Below are positions 14,801-28,900 of a DNA stretch of 64,000 nt, in pieces; position 1 is the stretch's first letter; every line of letters begins with the position of its first letter. The stretch is from Octopus vulgaris (taxonomy: Eukaryota). The DNA lies in assembly GCA_951406725.2 (NCBI GenBank), contig OX597823.1, positions 16,988,001 through 17,052,000 of the forward strand, read 5' to 3'. The notes beneath the pieces are model-generated. The model was not told where the DNA came from. It worked only from the letters and a program-made list of their open reading frames with translations, and did no database searches. Position numbers and translations under genes: made by a program.

Positions 14801-17271
14801 TAACACAAATATATATATATATATATATGTATGTCTGTATGAGTTAGAGGTTAAGAAACCATCTAAGGGATATTAAAATATCCAATTTACTACTGGATGT
14901 GTATTTATGTATTTTTAACCAAGTGCTTACTATTGCATGGCAATATTGCAATTGAATACTAGGTATGGGTGGGGGTAAATTGGAAATTGACCCAGGATTT
15001 ATAAGGCAAATAAGAAAATGGAGATGATATAAAATCGACAAACATCAGCCCCTAAACATTCCATTATATCTATTTATGTTTACGGGCTGATGTTTATTGA
15101 TTTTATATCCTCTCCATTTTTTTATTTGCATTATATATATATATATATATATATGATGATGATGATGATGATGATATACACATACACGCATATGACAGGC
15201 TTCTTACAGCTTCTGTGTACCAAATTCACTCACAGGGTTTTGATTGGCCTGGGGCTATAATGGAAGACACTTGCTCAAGGTGCCACATAGTAGAACTGAA
15301 CCTGGAATCATGTTATTGTGAAACAAACTTCTAACCACACAGCCACACCTGCACCCCTACCACATATATAAATATATATGCATAGAAAAGAATATTATCA
15401 GCTGATGTCTATCATAAAAAGACTCATCCATTATACTTGGACATGTGTTGCCTTGTTCACAATATCAAAAGCATTGTGACACATTTCTACAGAGTTGTTG
15501 TCCAAAGTATATAAATAAAAGTAGAATCTTTTGTGGTGTAAATGTTTCTTTCAATTTGGTAGAAGTGAAAACAGTTTTCTAAAAGTAGTTGAAATGTAGG
15601 AGATAATTTAGACCAAAAATATGCCCCCACCCACTTGTTTTGATGCTGAGTTAAAATCTTTAAAAAGGTACATTAAACTTTTTGTAGAATACATATTTTT
15701 TAACAAAAATAGTGTTGATAGTGACTTTGAAGTTTGCTTAGCTGCCATCGAACTGTGGTACATTTAAATTCATCTGGATTTAATACAGTTTCTGGTAAGT
15801 TTATATTTTCTGGGAAAGGTGGAGCTCTTGAATAATAACTAGGTTGTAGGGTGAATGTCATCCTAACATTGATTGCAATACAGAAAAAGTTGCAGCAACA
15901 ATGAAAAATATACCAACACCAACTTAGAGGCATTATATGCATGACTAGACACTGAACAATAACTCAGCTCCAACTTTGATCAATAAAAACCTTTCATAGT
16001 ATCTTTTCATCAGAACTTACATATCCTACAACCTACTTCTCATTTAAAAGATCCACCTATCTCAGAAAATATAAACTTACCAGAGACAATATAAAGCCAA
16101 AACAAACTCAATGAAGGCTAAGCATGTTGAAACTTCAAAGTCACTGTCAACACTATTCTTGTAAAAGAATTATACATATACACACATATATATATACTAC
16201 ACACACACAAACACATATATAAATACACATACATATTCACACACATATATATATAAATACACATACACACAAACATCATTATCACCCTTTAACATCCATT
16301 TTCCAGATATATATATGTCCTTGTTCCGTATACATTCGATCCTTTTCCCAAGAAATCTAATGCTCGTGGCTTAGTTTTTCCATGGGGCTGGCCGGATCAG
16401 AGCGATCTCAAGATTAATCAGCCAAAATTGCGAGGATGATCCAGTTCTTGACTGAAGATTAGAGGCTTCGAATGACCCGTCAGTTTTTTGTGTCGTCTAT
16501 TTGAGTGTTTCGCATTCTTGTCCCATTTTGTATTTTTATATATAATTTTTAATCATATATATATACACACACACACAAATACATACATACATACATACAT
16601 ACACACACACACACTAGGGGAAAAAGAATTACATACATTAAAAAACACAATGAGAGAGATAAACAGGAACATGCAAATGTGAAGACAGACAGGAAGATCA
16701 CTCTATGAAAAAATAAAACATCTAGATAATAACTTGGTTTTTTTTTCTGTTGTCGTGTGTGCCAGATTATGAAGGGGTACTTCAAATACAAAACACTGTT
16801 ATAATCATACAACCAGCACCAGTATAGAAAGCTGAATGCAGAACGAAGATGATGATATCAGGATACAGATAGGAAGAGATAGCAAGTATGCAACACAAAA
16901 TGTACAGTCCCATAACATATATGAGCAATTAGGATGTACTATACACACCTGTATATACACCTATTTATATATGCATATATATTTATATATATTTATACAT
17001 GTGCATGCATGTATACACACACATATACATGTTAATATTTCTTTTCTTTTTTTCCTTTCTTTTATTGGTTTCAGTCATTTGACTGTGGCCATGCTGCAGC
17101 ACCGTCTTTAGTCGAACAAATCGACCCCAGGACTTATTCTTTGCAAGCCTAGCACTTATTCTATCAGTCTCTTTTGCTGAACTGTTAAGTTACGGGAACA
17201 TAAACACATCAACATTGGTTGTCAAGCGATGGTGAGGGGACAAACACAGACACACATATATATATACATAC

Positions 17272-17320
<49 letters not shown>

Positions 17321-17682
17321 CATATACATATATATATATATACATGACGGGCTTCTTTCAGTATCTGTTTACCAAATCCACTCACAAGGCTTTGTTCGGC
17401 CCAAGGATATAGTAGATGACACTTGCCCAAGATGCCACGCAGTGGGACTGAACCCAGAACCACGTGATTGGTCAGCAAGCTACTTACCACACAGCCACTC
17501 CTATCTATATATATACAGGTGCAAGAGTGGCTCTGTGGTAGGTAGCTTGCTTACCAACCACATGGTTGCGGGTTCAGTCCCATTGCGTGGCACCTTGGGC
17601 AAGTGTCTTCTACTATAGCCTCGGGCCGACCAAAGCCTTGTGAGTGAATTTGGTAGACGGAAACTAAAAGAAGCTTGTCGTA

Positions 17683-17722
<40 letters not shown>

Positions 17723-19538
17723 TGTGTGTGTTTGTGTGTCTGTGTTTGTCCCCCACAACATTGCTTGACAACCGATGCTGGTGTGTTTATGTCCCTGTAA
17801 CTTAGCGGTTTGGCAAAAGAGACCGATAGAATAAGTACTAGGCTTACAAAGAATAAGTCTTGGGGTCAATTTGCTTGACTAAAGGTGGTGCTCCAGCATG
17901 GCCGCAGTCAAATGAGTGAAACAAGTAAAAGAGTAAAAAGAGAGAGAGAGAGAGAGAGAGAGTAGATAATTAAAATATATTACATATTAATTTCAAATTT
18001 TGGCTCAAGGCCAGCAATTTCAGGGGAGTGGGTAAACTGATTACATCAACCCCAGTGTTCAACTGGTACTTATTTTATTGACCTCTGAAAGGATGAAGGG
18101 CAAATTCAGCCTCAACAGCATTTGAACTCAGAATGTAATGTCAGAAGAAATGTCGCTATGCATTTTTTCCAGGTTGCTAATGATTCTGCCAGGTCACTGC
18201 TTTAAAGATCTACTATAATAATACTCTTGTGTTTTTTTCTGTCACAACATATGAATGCGAAAGGAAGGGGGTGATAGATGAATAAGGAAGGAAGGGGTGA
18301 TGGCAAACTGGTAGTGGGAGCGTTTCAATTTTGTGTGAGTAAATGTGTGTGTATGTAAAAGGGAAGTATGTGAATGCTTGTGTGCATGTGTGTGTGAAAT
18401 GGAAGTGGGATGGTGAACATTCAATGCTGAAAAGAAAAATCATACAGCGTTTCAACTCTGTGTGAGTATATGTGTGTATGTGTGCGCATGTACAAAGGAA
18501 GTATGTGAATGTTTGCATATGTGAACTAGCATTCTTTCAGTAACAACGATGATCGATGTCACTTCTCAAAAGACAACCACTATATAACACTGACAAGTGT
18601 ATTAATTTGATTTACCATCCATCTTTATATATAAAATACTACAATTAGCCGTTATTTTTGATGGCACAGATCCAGCTGGTATACTATAATACATATTACA
18701 AGCATTTCTTGCATTACAAAAACATGCTTAGTTGAAACAATACATGACAGTAAAGTATAAAATTAGGTCAAGTATTCAGGTTGCTACACCATTAAATGAC
18801 CAGATATTGTTTTTTTTTTATAGATCTGAACAGCTCTTGAGTGTATGTATGGCTCTGTGATCAAACTGGAGAAAACGTGCCAATAAACATGATGGCTATT
18901 CATACAAAAGCCAAAAGTTGGCACAGCAATTTGCAGGAAGCCGAAAGTGCAACTTCTGAGGCATAATAGCCATTTTGGAAGGTTTAAGTGTTTAAGAGTT
19001 GTCTTAATTTGCACAACATAAAAATGACTGGCGAAGCTGCCAATGCTGACACTACGGTTGCTATTAATTAATTACCCTGTAGCAGCAGCAGCAGCACTAG
19101 CAGCAGTAACAGTAGTAGTAGTAGCAGTAGTAGTAGTAGTAGCAAATATATGGGAGACTACCACCTGTGTCATCTCTGGTGAAAGGTAGAAGAGTCCAAT
19201 TTGTTGGACATTGTTGTAGAGCTGAAAAAGAAGTAATTTCTACTCTTCTCCTCTGGAAGCCATCTACTCGCAATACCAGAGGGCGCACACTCTCCTACCC
19301 TGATGTAATCTCCAGGGATACAGGCATCCAGCAACAGGACCTCCGTAATGCTATGATGGACCCTGAAGTCTGGCGTAACATAGTAAATTCCATTGTCTCG
19401 ACCACAGTCGAACAATGATGATGATGAGTAGTAGTAGTAGTGGTGGTGGTGGTGGTGGTGGTGGTAGTGGTAGTGGTGGTAGTAGTAGTAGTGGTGGTGG
19501 TAGTGGTGGTGGTGGTAGTGGTGGTGGTAGTAGTAGTG

Positions 19539-19569
<31 letters not shown>

Positions 19570-22500
19570 CATGGGGGCATCCACTATTTGTTGGTGGTTC
19601 CTAATCCTGGCGGATGACACCTTTGCATCACTCAGGCAGCACCCCTCCAACCCAAGGGTCTGTTTGGGTAGTCATTGCTGGTGAGAGTTTTATGAGGTCA
19701 GAGTGCAAAACCTACCTCAACATCTTTTAGTTGCCTTTTACAACACACAGAAGAAATGTTGGGTCTACTTTATATATATGCATATGTATATGTGGCCTGG
19801 TGGTTAGGGTGTTGCACTCACGATTGCCAGATCATAGGTTCGATTCCCAGATTGGGTAGTGTGTTCTGTCCTTGAGCAAAACACTTCATTCCACATTGTT
19901 CTAGCACTAGAACAATGTGCATGTATGTATGTATGTATGTATGTCTATGTGTGTGTGTCTTTGTATCTGTCACCCCCACCATCATTGCTTGACAACCAGT
20001 GTTGGTGTGTTTACATCCCCGTAACTTACAAGCTTGGCAAAAAAGACTGATAGAATAAGTAACAAGACTTTAAAAAAAATAAGTCCTGGGGTCGATTTGT
20101 TTGGGCTAAAACCCGTCAAGGTAATGCTCCAGCATGGCAACAGACAAATGACTGAAACAAATAAAAGGATAAAAGAATATTTCAAGCACTAAGGCCCATC
20201 ATCAGAGGTAAACAGTAAAAAACAGACTAAACAGTATGAGCCATGTTGATCATTATACAGACAGCAACCGTGCTGTGCTTGTGGGAATGGTGGTGGCAAC
20301 AATGGGTAAATACAGTAACAGCATATCCAGTACTGTATAGATTCACATAAGGCAGACTGGCTGAAACGTTAGCACACTGGGCGAAATGTTTAGCTGTATT
20401 TCGTCTGCCATTACATTGTGAGTTCAAATTCCGCCGAGGTCGTCTTTGCCTTTCATCCTTTCGGGGTCGATTAAATAAGTACCAGTTATGCATTGGGGTC
20501 GATATAATCGACTTAATAGCTATGTCTGTCCTTGTTTGTCACCTCTATGTTTAGCCCCTTGTGGGTAATAAAGAAATAAGGCGGCGAGTTGGCAGAAACA
20601 TTAGCACGCTGGGCAAAATGCTTTGCGGTATCTCGTCCGCTGCTACGTTCTGAGTTCAAATTCTGCCGAGGTCAACTTTGCCTTTCATCCTTTCGGGGTC
20701 AATTGAATAAGTACCAGTTACGCACTGGGGTTGATGTCTGTCCTTGTTTGTCCCCTCTGTGTTTAGCCCCTTGTGGGTAGTAAAGAAATGGGTAATAAAG
20801 AAATATGTATAGATTCACATTTCTTGATTGTTTACTTCTGATGATGGCCTTTGTGTTTGAAATACATAAAGGCTATTAGACTTTTCTCTCCTTGCACTGT
20901 AAGAAGCTCTCAGTCTTAATTTTTTTGTATTGCGCATGTTTAAAATTGATTTATCATAAACAAAAGTGGTTGTATTGTTCATTTTTTTCACTTTTCGAAA
21001 AAAAAAAAAAGAAAAAAAACTCAAAATGCATATCAATTTGCAACTTGAAAGTCAATGGGGAAAATAGATTTTGTGTTATTCAATTCTGCATTGTGGCAAG
21101 ATTTTAGAATGATGGAGTTCTGCCATGCAGTGAATGTCTCTACCACCTCCAAGAAAGGCAGAATTCAATATGCTTGTAAAAGAGAGATATGTTATAGGAA
21201 CTGGAAGGTTCGATACTTACAGTGACTTGTAGTTTGAGGTTGGGTCGAGAATTTCCAGACTCGCCCAAAACCTAAAGTGGAAACTGGTCCTGTGAGGTAC
21301 TGAAACTTCCAATTCCCTTATATACCTACATAACCTTTGCCAAGTCAGCAAAGGGAAGTTGATGTCCTCCTATGTTCGAAGGTTTATGGATGCAGGTTTG
21401 TGTGTCATATAGCTAGCTAGAGGCGATTGCCTCTGAGCTAATCAACAGCAGCATTCTTCGGATTTCTCTGGATTGCCAAGTTAGTTTGGCAATAAATATT
21501 AATACCCAGTACTGCTGCTGTACCTCTCCTTTAGAGAGATTTAGAGGTTATAACATTTATATATCTTTATATATAAAAGAGAGGTTGTGTGCTGTTTGTC
21601 TCCTACGATTTAGATTCCTAACTACTCCCACATTTTGCGGTGCAGTTTAACCAAAACCGGGTATCTTATAGTCAGGATTCATATCGAGCCCTTCTGGGTA
21701 TTAGCGCGCGTCTACGATGAGTCTATGATTTAAAAAAAAAATTTACCATCATTTTTTCCCATTTTTAATGCATTTTTGGCATATATAAGGGAAGTAACTC
21801 TCTAAAAATTTATTATTAAATCTCAGAACGTAAAAAGCTACAATAACACCCCCCTTTTGTGGTTAGCCATATTGAGATGGCTATTATACTTTACATCTCT
21901 AAAAATGCTTATATAGTTATTTCCCTTACAAACCCGAGCAACGCCGGGCGATACTGCTAGTATATAATGAAGTTAGTATGCTTTGCTGAACTTGAAAGAA
22001 ATGAAGCTAGTATGCTTCACTAGATATGCAATGTCAGTGTGCATGTTGTTGTTGTTGTTGTTAAGCAACAAGACGGGTAAGGGTGATTAGTTGATGGTCT
22101 AGGGCTTAGGAGCGAGAGACTCCAGACTTTGGGAAAAAAAAAACTTTGGCCGTCTTGTAGTTGAGAGCCCTTCGTTGACGCCCAACACCACTGGGAGGTG
22201 AGCCTTGAAGTCGCTGGAAATGGAGATCTCCAGGTCCAAATTCTTGAACGGCTGTGTGCCTGTATGACAATGTAAGTGTCTTGAGAGAAAAGTTGGGCAT
22301 AAGAGGCATCAAATGTGGTGTGCAAGAGAGACGACTGCATTGGTGTGGTCATGTGATGCATGTGGATGTGGACAGCTGTGTGAAGAAGTGCTGATCGCTA
22401 ACAGTGGAAGAGGTAAACCCAGGATGACATGGGATGAGGTGGGGAAGCATGATCTTTGAACGCTGAGCCACACAAAGGCAATGACTAGTAACCATGACCT

Positions 22501-22909
22501 TTGGTAACATGCCATGCTTGATTAGACCCATCGGGCCCCATGGAGGCAATGTGGCCGATGGTGGTGTCGCGTAAGTAGCACCTGTGCGAGTGGGACATAA
22601 AAAGCACCTTTCAAGCATTGGACTTCACAGAGGAAATGACAAATGACTGAGACCATTAGTAATATGCTGTGCTTGAGAAGAAGACCCATCAAGCCAAGTG
22701 AAATCGTAGTCATGGCAGATATTGGTGTCATCATACAACTGGCACCCATGCTGGTAGCATGCAAAAACACCCATTACACTCATGGAGTGGTTGGTGTTAG
22801 GAAGGGCATCCAGCCATAGAAACCATGCTAAATCAAACTGGAGTTTGGCACAGCTCCTCAGCCCTGGTCAAATTGTCCAACCCATGTCAGCATGGACGAT
22901 GGATGTTAA

Positions 22910-22944
<35 letters not shown>

Positions 22945-25900
22945 ATGCATACACACACATTCATGCTAGTGAAGCCCTACCTGGTTAAAATTCAGTAGAG
23001 TCATAATAGCATATGACTAGGGATCCATTAACCCTTTCGTTACTGTATATATTTTGAGATGCTCTGTGTTTCTTTCAATTACTTTAAATATAACAAAGAA
23101 TTTAGTAAAGTAACTTCGTTATCAATAAGCTAGTGTTAGGAACATAAATTGTGACTAAGGTTTGGTGGAAGATTTTAATTCAAAACTTATGAAAACAAGA
23201 CATTTGTACTCAGAGCCAGAGCCAGTTTCAGCCGGGTTGGTAACAAAAGGGTTAAGGATCTACTAATGTCATTGCTTAGTACCTCACCCTATTCCCATCT
23301 ATCCTGATTCACTGTATCTATGATCAAAAGACAATCTGGTTATGATCATCTCATTTTATTTTAGGACAACGAGGGCGCTTTTATCCAAATTGTTTCCTTT
23401 GGTGAGAGGAACTTGGATGCGTTCTTTAATAAGTTAAGTGAAAAGGCAGAAGCTCCCTCAGATCACAGCTACTAGGTTATTTATAGTCCCAGATAGTGAT
23501 AAACATCTTCAGAGTCATATTATTCATTCATCGCTTTTCATTTTGGATTGTTCCTTTTTATCTCTCTTCTTTAATGCTCAGTGAATTTCTATCATATGCA
23601 GATGCATTTCAATAACTATGTCTACTCAGGACAGCTTCAAGGAAATTTAATTCAAAGTTCTTACAATTAGCAAGTCATTTTCTTCATCCACTTTCGATAA
23701 ATTTAGATTAATTAAGTCCAAGAATCAAAACAGTATAAAAAAAAATCCTCAAAAGAAAATAATGATTTTTTTTTTCTTTTCAGTTCTTCTACCTAGTTTA
23801 TCTGTGGATATTTATCTAGCTGTCTGTCAGTTTAACTAACAGACAGACAGACAGATAAACATATAGATAGACAAATAGATATACACTAAATCTGCCTGTC
23901 TATCAAAACACGTCTAAATTCCATTCGTAGTTACTCAGCTATAAAAGAAACTACAGAAAAAACTTTATTCTATTTTCAGACATAAATCCTCTTCAAAATG
24001 ATTGGAATTCACAATATCTTCAGAGGAGATATACATCCATTCTTGCAATACTTTTTTGTTCTTTTGCATTGTTTTTATACATATGCCATTGTTTGGGAGA
24101 TTGTAAACATATGAGTCTGTATTAACGGGCACCCCCACTTTCAATACCCTTTTGTTATGTGTTACCATGGCAATAATAAGAATTATTTCCATTATAAACA
24201 CATCTCTTATTGTGAAATATATAGTTTTTTTTCCTTTATGCTTGTGCTTCAAAATTCAACACACCAGTCAAAGTTGTATGTGTGTGTGTGTTTTGAATTA
24301 TGTTTATTTCTTTAGTTTTTTTTAAAAATTGCTTCAGTTATTGTTAGTTGTTGTTGTTTTTGATGTGGTAATGGTGGTGGTGGTGGTGATGGTATTGGTT
24401 GTAGAGTTCTTGGGACTTACATGTGTACAGTACAACTAAAATACTTATTATCAATCCACGGATCTTGTTTATACTAATAAGTTTATACTAATAAGCTCCC
24501 ATGACTTCAGGAAACATTTTTTCACGCTGAGAGTTGCTGAAGCATGGAACAAACTGCCGGCATCAGTTGTTAGTTGTCGGAGCACTGCATCCTTCAAAAC
24601 TTCCATGCTTCCAGAGATTCGCCAACACTACACCTGATTTTCTCCCCTCCATACACACACAAGCATGTATCTGACTCATACATTGTTCGCTTTCCAGACA
24701 TTTCTACATTACTGCATATACTTTACATGCACTTTCTGACAAGTTGTGGTGCACCTGAGCACTGTATACAATAATTTCATTATTATTATTATATAAGTTC
24801 AGATAGCTGTTGTCTCTATGAAGCAACATAGGGCTTTACTCTTCATTCGAAGAACAAACTCCTTTGTGAAGCATGCGTAATAATAACTGATGCTGCTGAA
24901 GTTGTACAGAAATAAGATGAATCTGATCTGGTGGGTATGCAGCAATATTATTAAACTGCATGAAAGGCAAAGTATACATGAGATGAGAGAGTGTCTGGGT
25001 AACAGAGGCTGTGAACAGATTTGTGATAGCATGGATAAATAATGGGAACGGTGGAGGCGCAATGGCCCAGTGGTTAGGGTAGCGGACTCGCGGTCATAGG
25101 ATTGCGGTTTCGATTCCCAGACCGGGCGTTGTGAGTGTTTATTGAGTGAAAACACCTAAAAAGCTCCACGAGGCTCCGGCAGGGGATGGTGGTGATCCCT
25201 GCTGTACTCTTTCACCACAACTTTCTCTCACTCTTACTTCCTGTTTCTGTTGTATCTGTATTTCAAAGGGCCGGCCTTGTCACTCTCTGTGTCACGCTGA
25301 ATATCCCCGAGAACTACGTTAAGGGTACACGTGTCTGTGGAGTGCTCAGCCACTTACACATTAATTTCACGAGCAGGCTGTTCCGTTGATTCGGATCAAC
25401 TGGAACCCTCGTCGTCGTAACCGACGGAGTGCTTCCACCAAATGATGGGAATGGATAATGAGCAGTGAGCACCGTATACTGACAGTAGAGGATACCTGTG
25501 GAAATGTAAGAACAAGGCTGGTATAGGGAGAAGGATATGGTTGGATCTCAGGACATTGCATTTCATGGAAGAGATGATGAAGGACTGAGATTATTAGCGA
25601 CGTACTAAACAACCGAATTGTTCAGTACATGCCAAGAAGAAGGGATGTTAAAATCATCATTGTCCTTTAATGTCTACCTTCCATACAAGTAAGAGCTGGA
25701 TAGTTTGAAAGGATCTGATGAATCGGAGGACTGCATCATGTACCAATGTTTTCATTGGCATGGTTTCTACAACTGAATGTTCTTGTTAATGCTGACCACT
25801 TTATTGTATAATCTTTTTTTTTTTTGTGGCACCAGTGTTAGTGATAATCACCTCGTAACTTGCAAGGCTAAGGTCCCAATGTGGCCCCTATAAAATGAGG

Positions 25901-28900
25901 GAAAACAGCAGTGAGTAGGCCATGATTCTAGGTAGAGAGATGACGAAATGGTAAAAGGGGAAACTGGGGAAGTATAATAATAATAATAATAATTGTGTAC
26001 AGTGCTCAGGTGCACTACAACTCATCCAAAGTGTATATATAATCAGGTGTAGTTTCGGCGGATTTCGGAAAGCATGAGGGCCTTAAAGGATGCAGTGTCA
26101 TGGCAGTCAACAACTGACGCAGGCAGTTTATTCCATGCTTCAGCAACTCTGAGCGTGAAAAAATGTTTCCGAAAGTCATGGGAGCTGTGTTGTTTTCTGA
26201 CTTTGTAGGCATGTCCACGTGTGTTAGACACATGGAGATCAAAAAGGTGTTCAGTGTTGTTGTTGGTGAGGTGGTTGATAACCTTGTGGGTGTCTACCAA
26301 GTCCGTCGCCAGACGCCGGAGCTTCAGTGAATCCATGCCCAGGGAAACAAGGCGCTCAGAATATGGTAGGTGTCTGATGGAGGGTATGCGTTTGGTTGCA
26401 CGTCTTTGGACAGATTCCAGGAGGTCAATATTCTGAGCAAGATAGGGATTCCAAACTGATGATGCGAATTCCAAGTGTGGTCGTACCATAGCTGTATACA
26501 GTTTTAAATAGATGGCTGGAGAGCGGCTAACAAAAGTCTTGCTGAGAGATGCCAAGACACTCTCGGCCTTCTTGACAATTTTAGAGATATGCTTTGTCTA
26601 ACGCAAATCGCTGCTGACAGTGATGCCTAGGTCACGCTCGTAAGAGCATTTCTTGATATCAGTGTTGTGGAGGGAGTATGTGGACGCAGGGTTTTTTCTC
26701 CCAAAATGCATGGTGGTACACTTGTATGGTAGGGATCAAGGGAGGGAAGGGATTTGTGACAGGTTGAGAAAAAAGGAAGGGAGAGAGTTGAAAAGGTGAT
26801 GGGGTGAGTTGTGTAAGGGGGTGTCTAGGACTATCCAACATTATAAGGGGTGTGTGCAGGAGTGAGGGGAAAGAAGCGATAGACTAGACTGAAGAGAAAT
26901 CCCAAGTGAATCACTGAAGAAAGAAGAGGTGAGAGATGGCTGTGTGGGTAGGTAAGGGGGAAAAAGATAAGAAGAGATGCTGAGGATGTAGAGAAGCTGG
27001 GGGGGGGGGCTGTGAGAGAAAGGGAGCCAGAAGGAGAAGAGTGAAAAGTAGATGCTGGAAGATATCAGAAACTGAAAGAAGAGGAAGAGCAGAGGGTGAA
27101 AGTTGCAAAAGCATCTTAGGGGTGAAAGAGAGAAGGGCAGGTGACAGGGACTGAGTAGGTGCAACAGGGGAATGAAAGATAAAGGATATTCTAAAGGTAT
27201 AAAGGGCAGGTAGTGCTCATTAACAGATAGTCTTCTGAAGGTATATGAAAAGGCGGGGTAGCTGACAGAAACGTTAGCACGCCGGGCGAAATGCTTAGCG
27301 GTATTTCGTCTGCCGCTATGTTGTGAGTTCAAATTCCGCCGAGGTTGACTTTGCCTTTCATCCTTTCGGGGTCGATAAATTAAGTACCAGTTATGCACTG
27401 GGGTCTATGTAATCGACTTAATACCTATGTCTGTCCTTGTTTGTCCCCTCTGTGTTTAGCCCCTCGTGGGTAATAAAGAAATAGGTATATGAAAGAGAAA
27501 GAGAGCATGTAAATGCATGTTTATAATAGAAGTGTGAGAGTAAATGACCAAGGGCTGCAAACAGATCAGACCTTGTCAGCAGCATGATGGTATAGTGGTT
27601 TGGTACAGTCGGCTTTGCCAATAATTAATCACATGCACATTGATTGCTATTTTCTATTTCTTTTTCATCATTTGTCTCTGTGTAGCAAAGTGTTTCTGCC
27701 ATTCCATCATCCTCCAATAATAGCTGTCAATTTGAACTCAAAAACTAGGAGAGCAAGAACCAAATGCAGTTGGCCATGACTTAGCCTAATTCTTCACTAC
27801 TTCTACCACTCTGCTGCCTAAATGATGACGATGACGACAACGGTGATCACAGTGTTGTGAAGACAAGAAATGGAAGCAAAATTGAAGGAAGAAGAAAAAC
27901 ATAATAATAATATATTTCTTTACTGCCCACAAGGGGCTAAACGTAGAGGGGACGAACAAGGACAGACAAAGGGATTAAGTTGATTACATCGACCCCAGTA
28001 CGTAATTGGTACTTATTTAATAACTATTATTATTTCTACTCTAGGCACAAGGCCTAGAAAATTTTTAAGGAAGGGGGCTAGTCAATTATATTGACCCCAG
28101 TGTGTAACTGGTACTTATTTCATCGACCCCGAAAGGATGAAAGGCAAAGTCGACCTCGGCGGAATTTGAACAAAGAACGTAGCGGCAGACAAAATACGGC
28201 TACGCATTTCGCCCGGCACGCTAACGTTTCTGCCAACCATTTCTACTATAGACATAAGGTCTGAAATTTGGAGGCAGGGGATAGCCAGTTAAATTGACCC
28301 CCAGTACTCAACTGGTATTTTGATAAAGTAAGTACCGATTGAACAGTGATGGTGGTGGGGGTTTGATATAATCGACTTGAAACTAATAATGTCTGACACA
28401 TGCACAGAGCTGCACACCTTTTGTAGATAATGATAGTTGATTATATAGTCTCCAGTATTTGATTGTATTTGATTGAATCTACCCCCAGAATGATCCATCT
28501 GATGTGGTAACTATTATTTGTTCACTAAAACTGCTAGAAATAGCTGCCAAATCTCTCTCAAAACTCTTCCTACAATTTGATGCAAGTAAAGAACTTATTA
28601 GATAATGTTATCCTACATATCTGTACCTTAGCAGTTCAGCAATAGACACCAATAAAAGAAGTACCAGGTTTAAAATTTTTTTTTTAAATTAGTATTGGGA
28701 TCAATTTGTTTGACTGAACCCTTCATGGTGGTGCCCCAACATGGCCAAAGTCTAATGGCTGAAACAGGTAAAAGGTAAAAGGACACCACCAAACAGATGG
28801 GATGGTCATAGCTGGTATGCTTATTGGCCATCAATATGCCCTGATCAGCAATAATGCAAGAATGAAAGTCAAAATCAACCCCAAAAGAATTCACAGAAAT

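Noticed and set aside
16305-16545. CpG-containing insert in TA repeats with CTGAAGA
   Set aside because: Possibly Penelope-derived, but the ribozyme core is incomplete and there is no second copy to compare
19170-19684. Poly-H/Y/P/G/S ORFs
   Set aside because: Translations of GTA/GGT trinucleotide repeats
23965-24252. 95-aa minus-strand ORF in unique sequence
   Set aside because: Non-ATG start, no recognisable domain, no compatible splice sites
25050-25125. Functional tRNA gene
   Set aside because: It is a SINE head: A and B boxes are present, but the cloverleaf is incomplete and it continues into a repeated body
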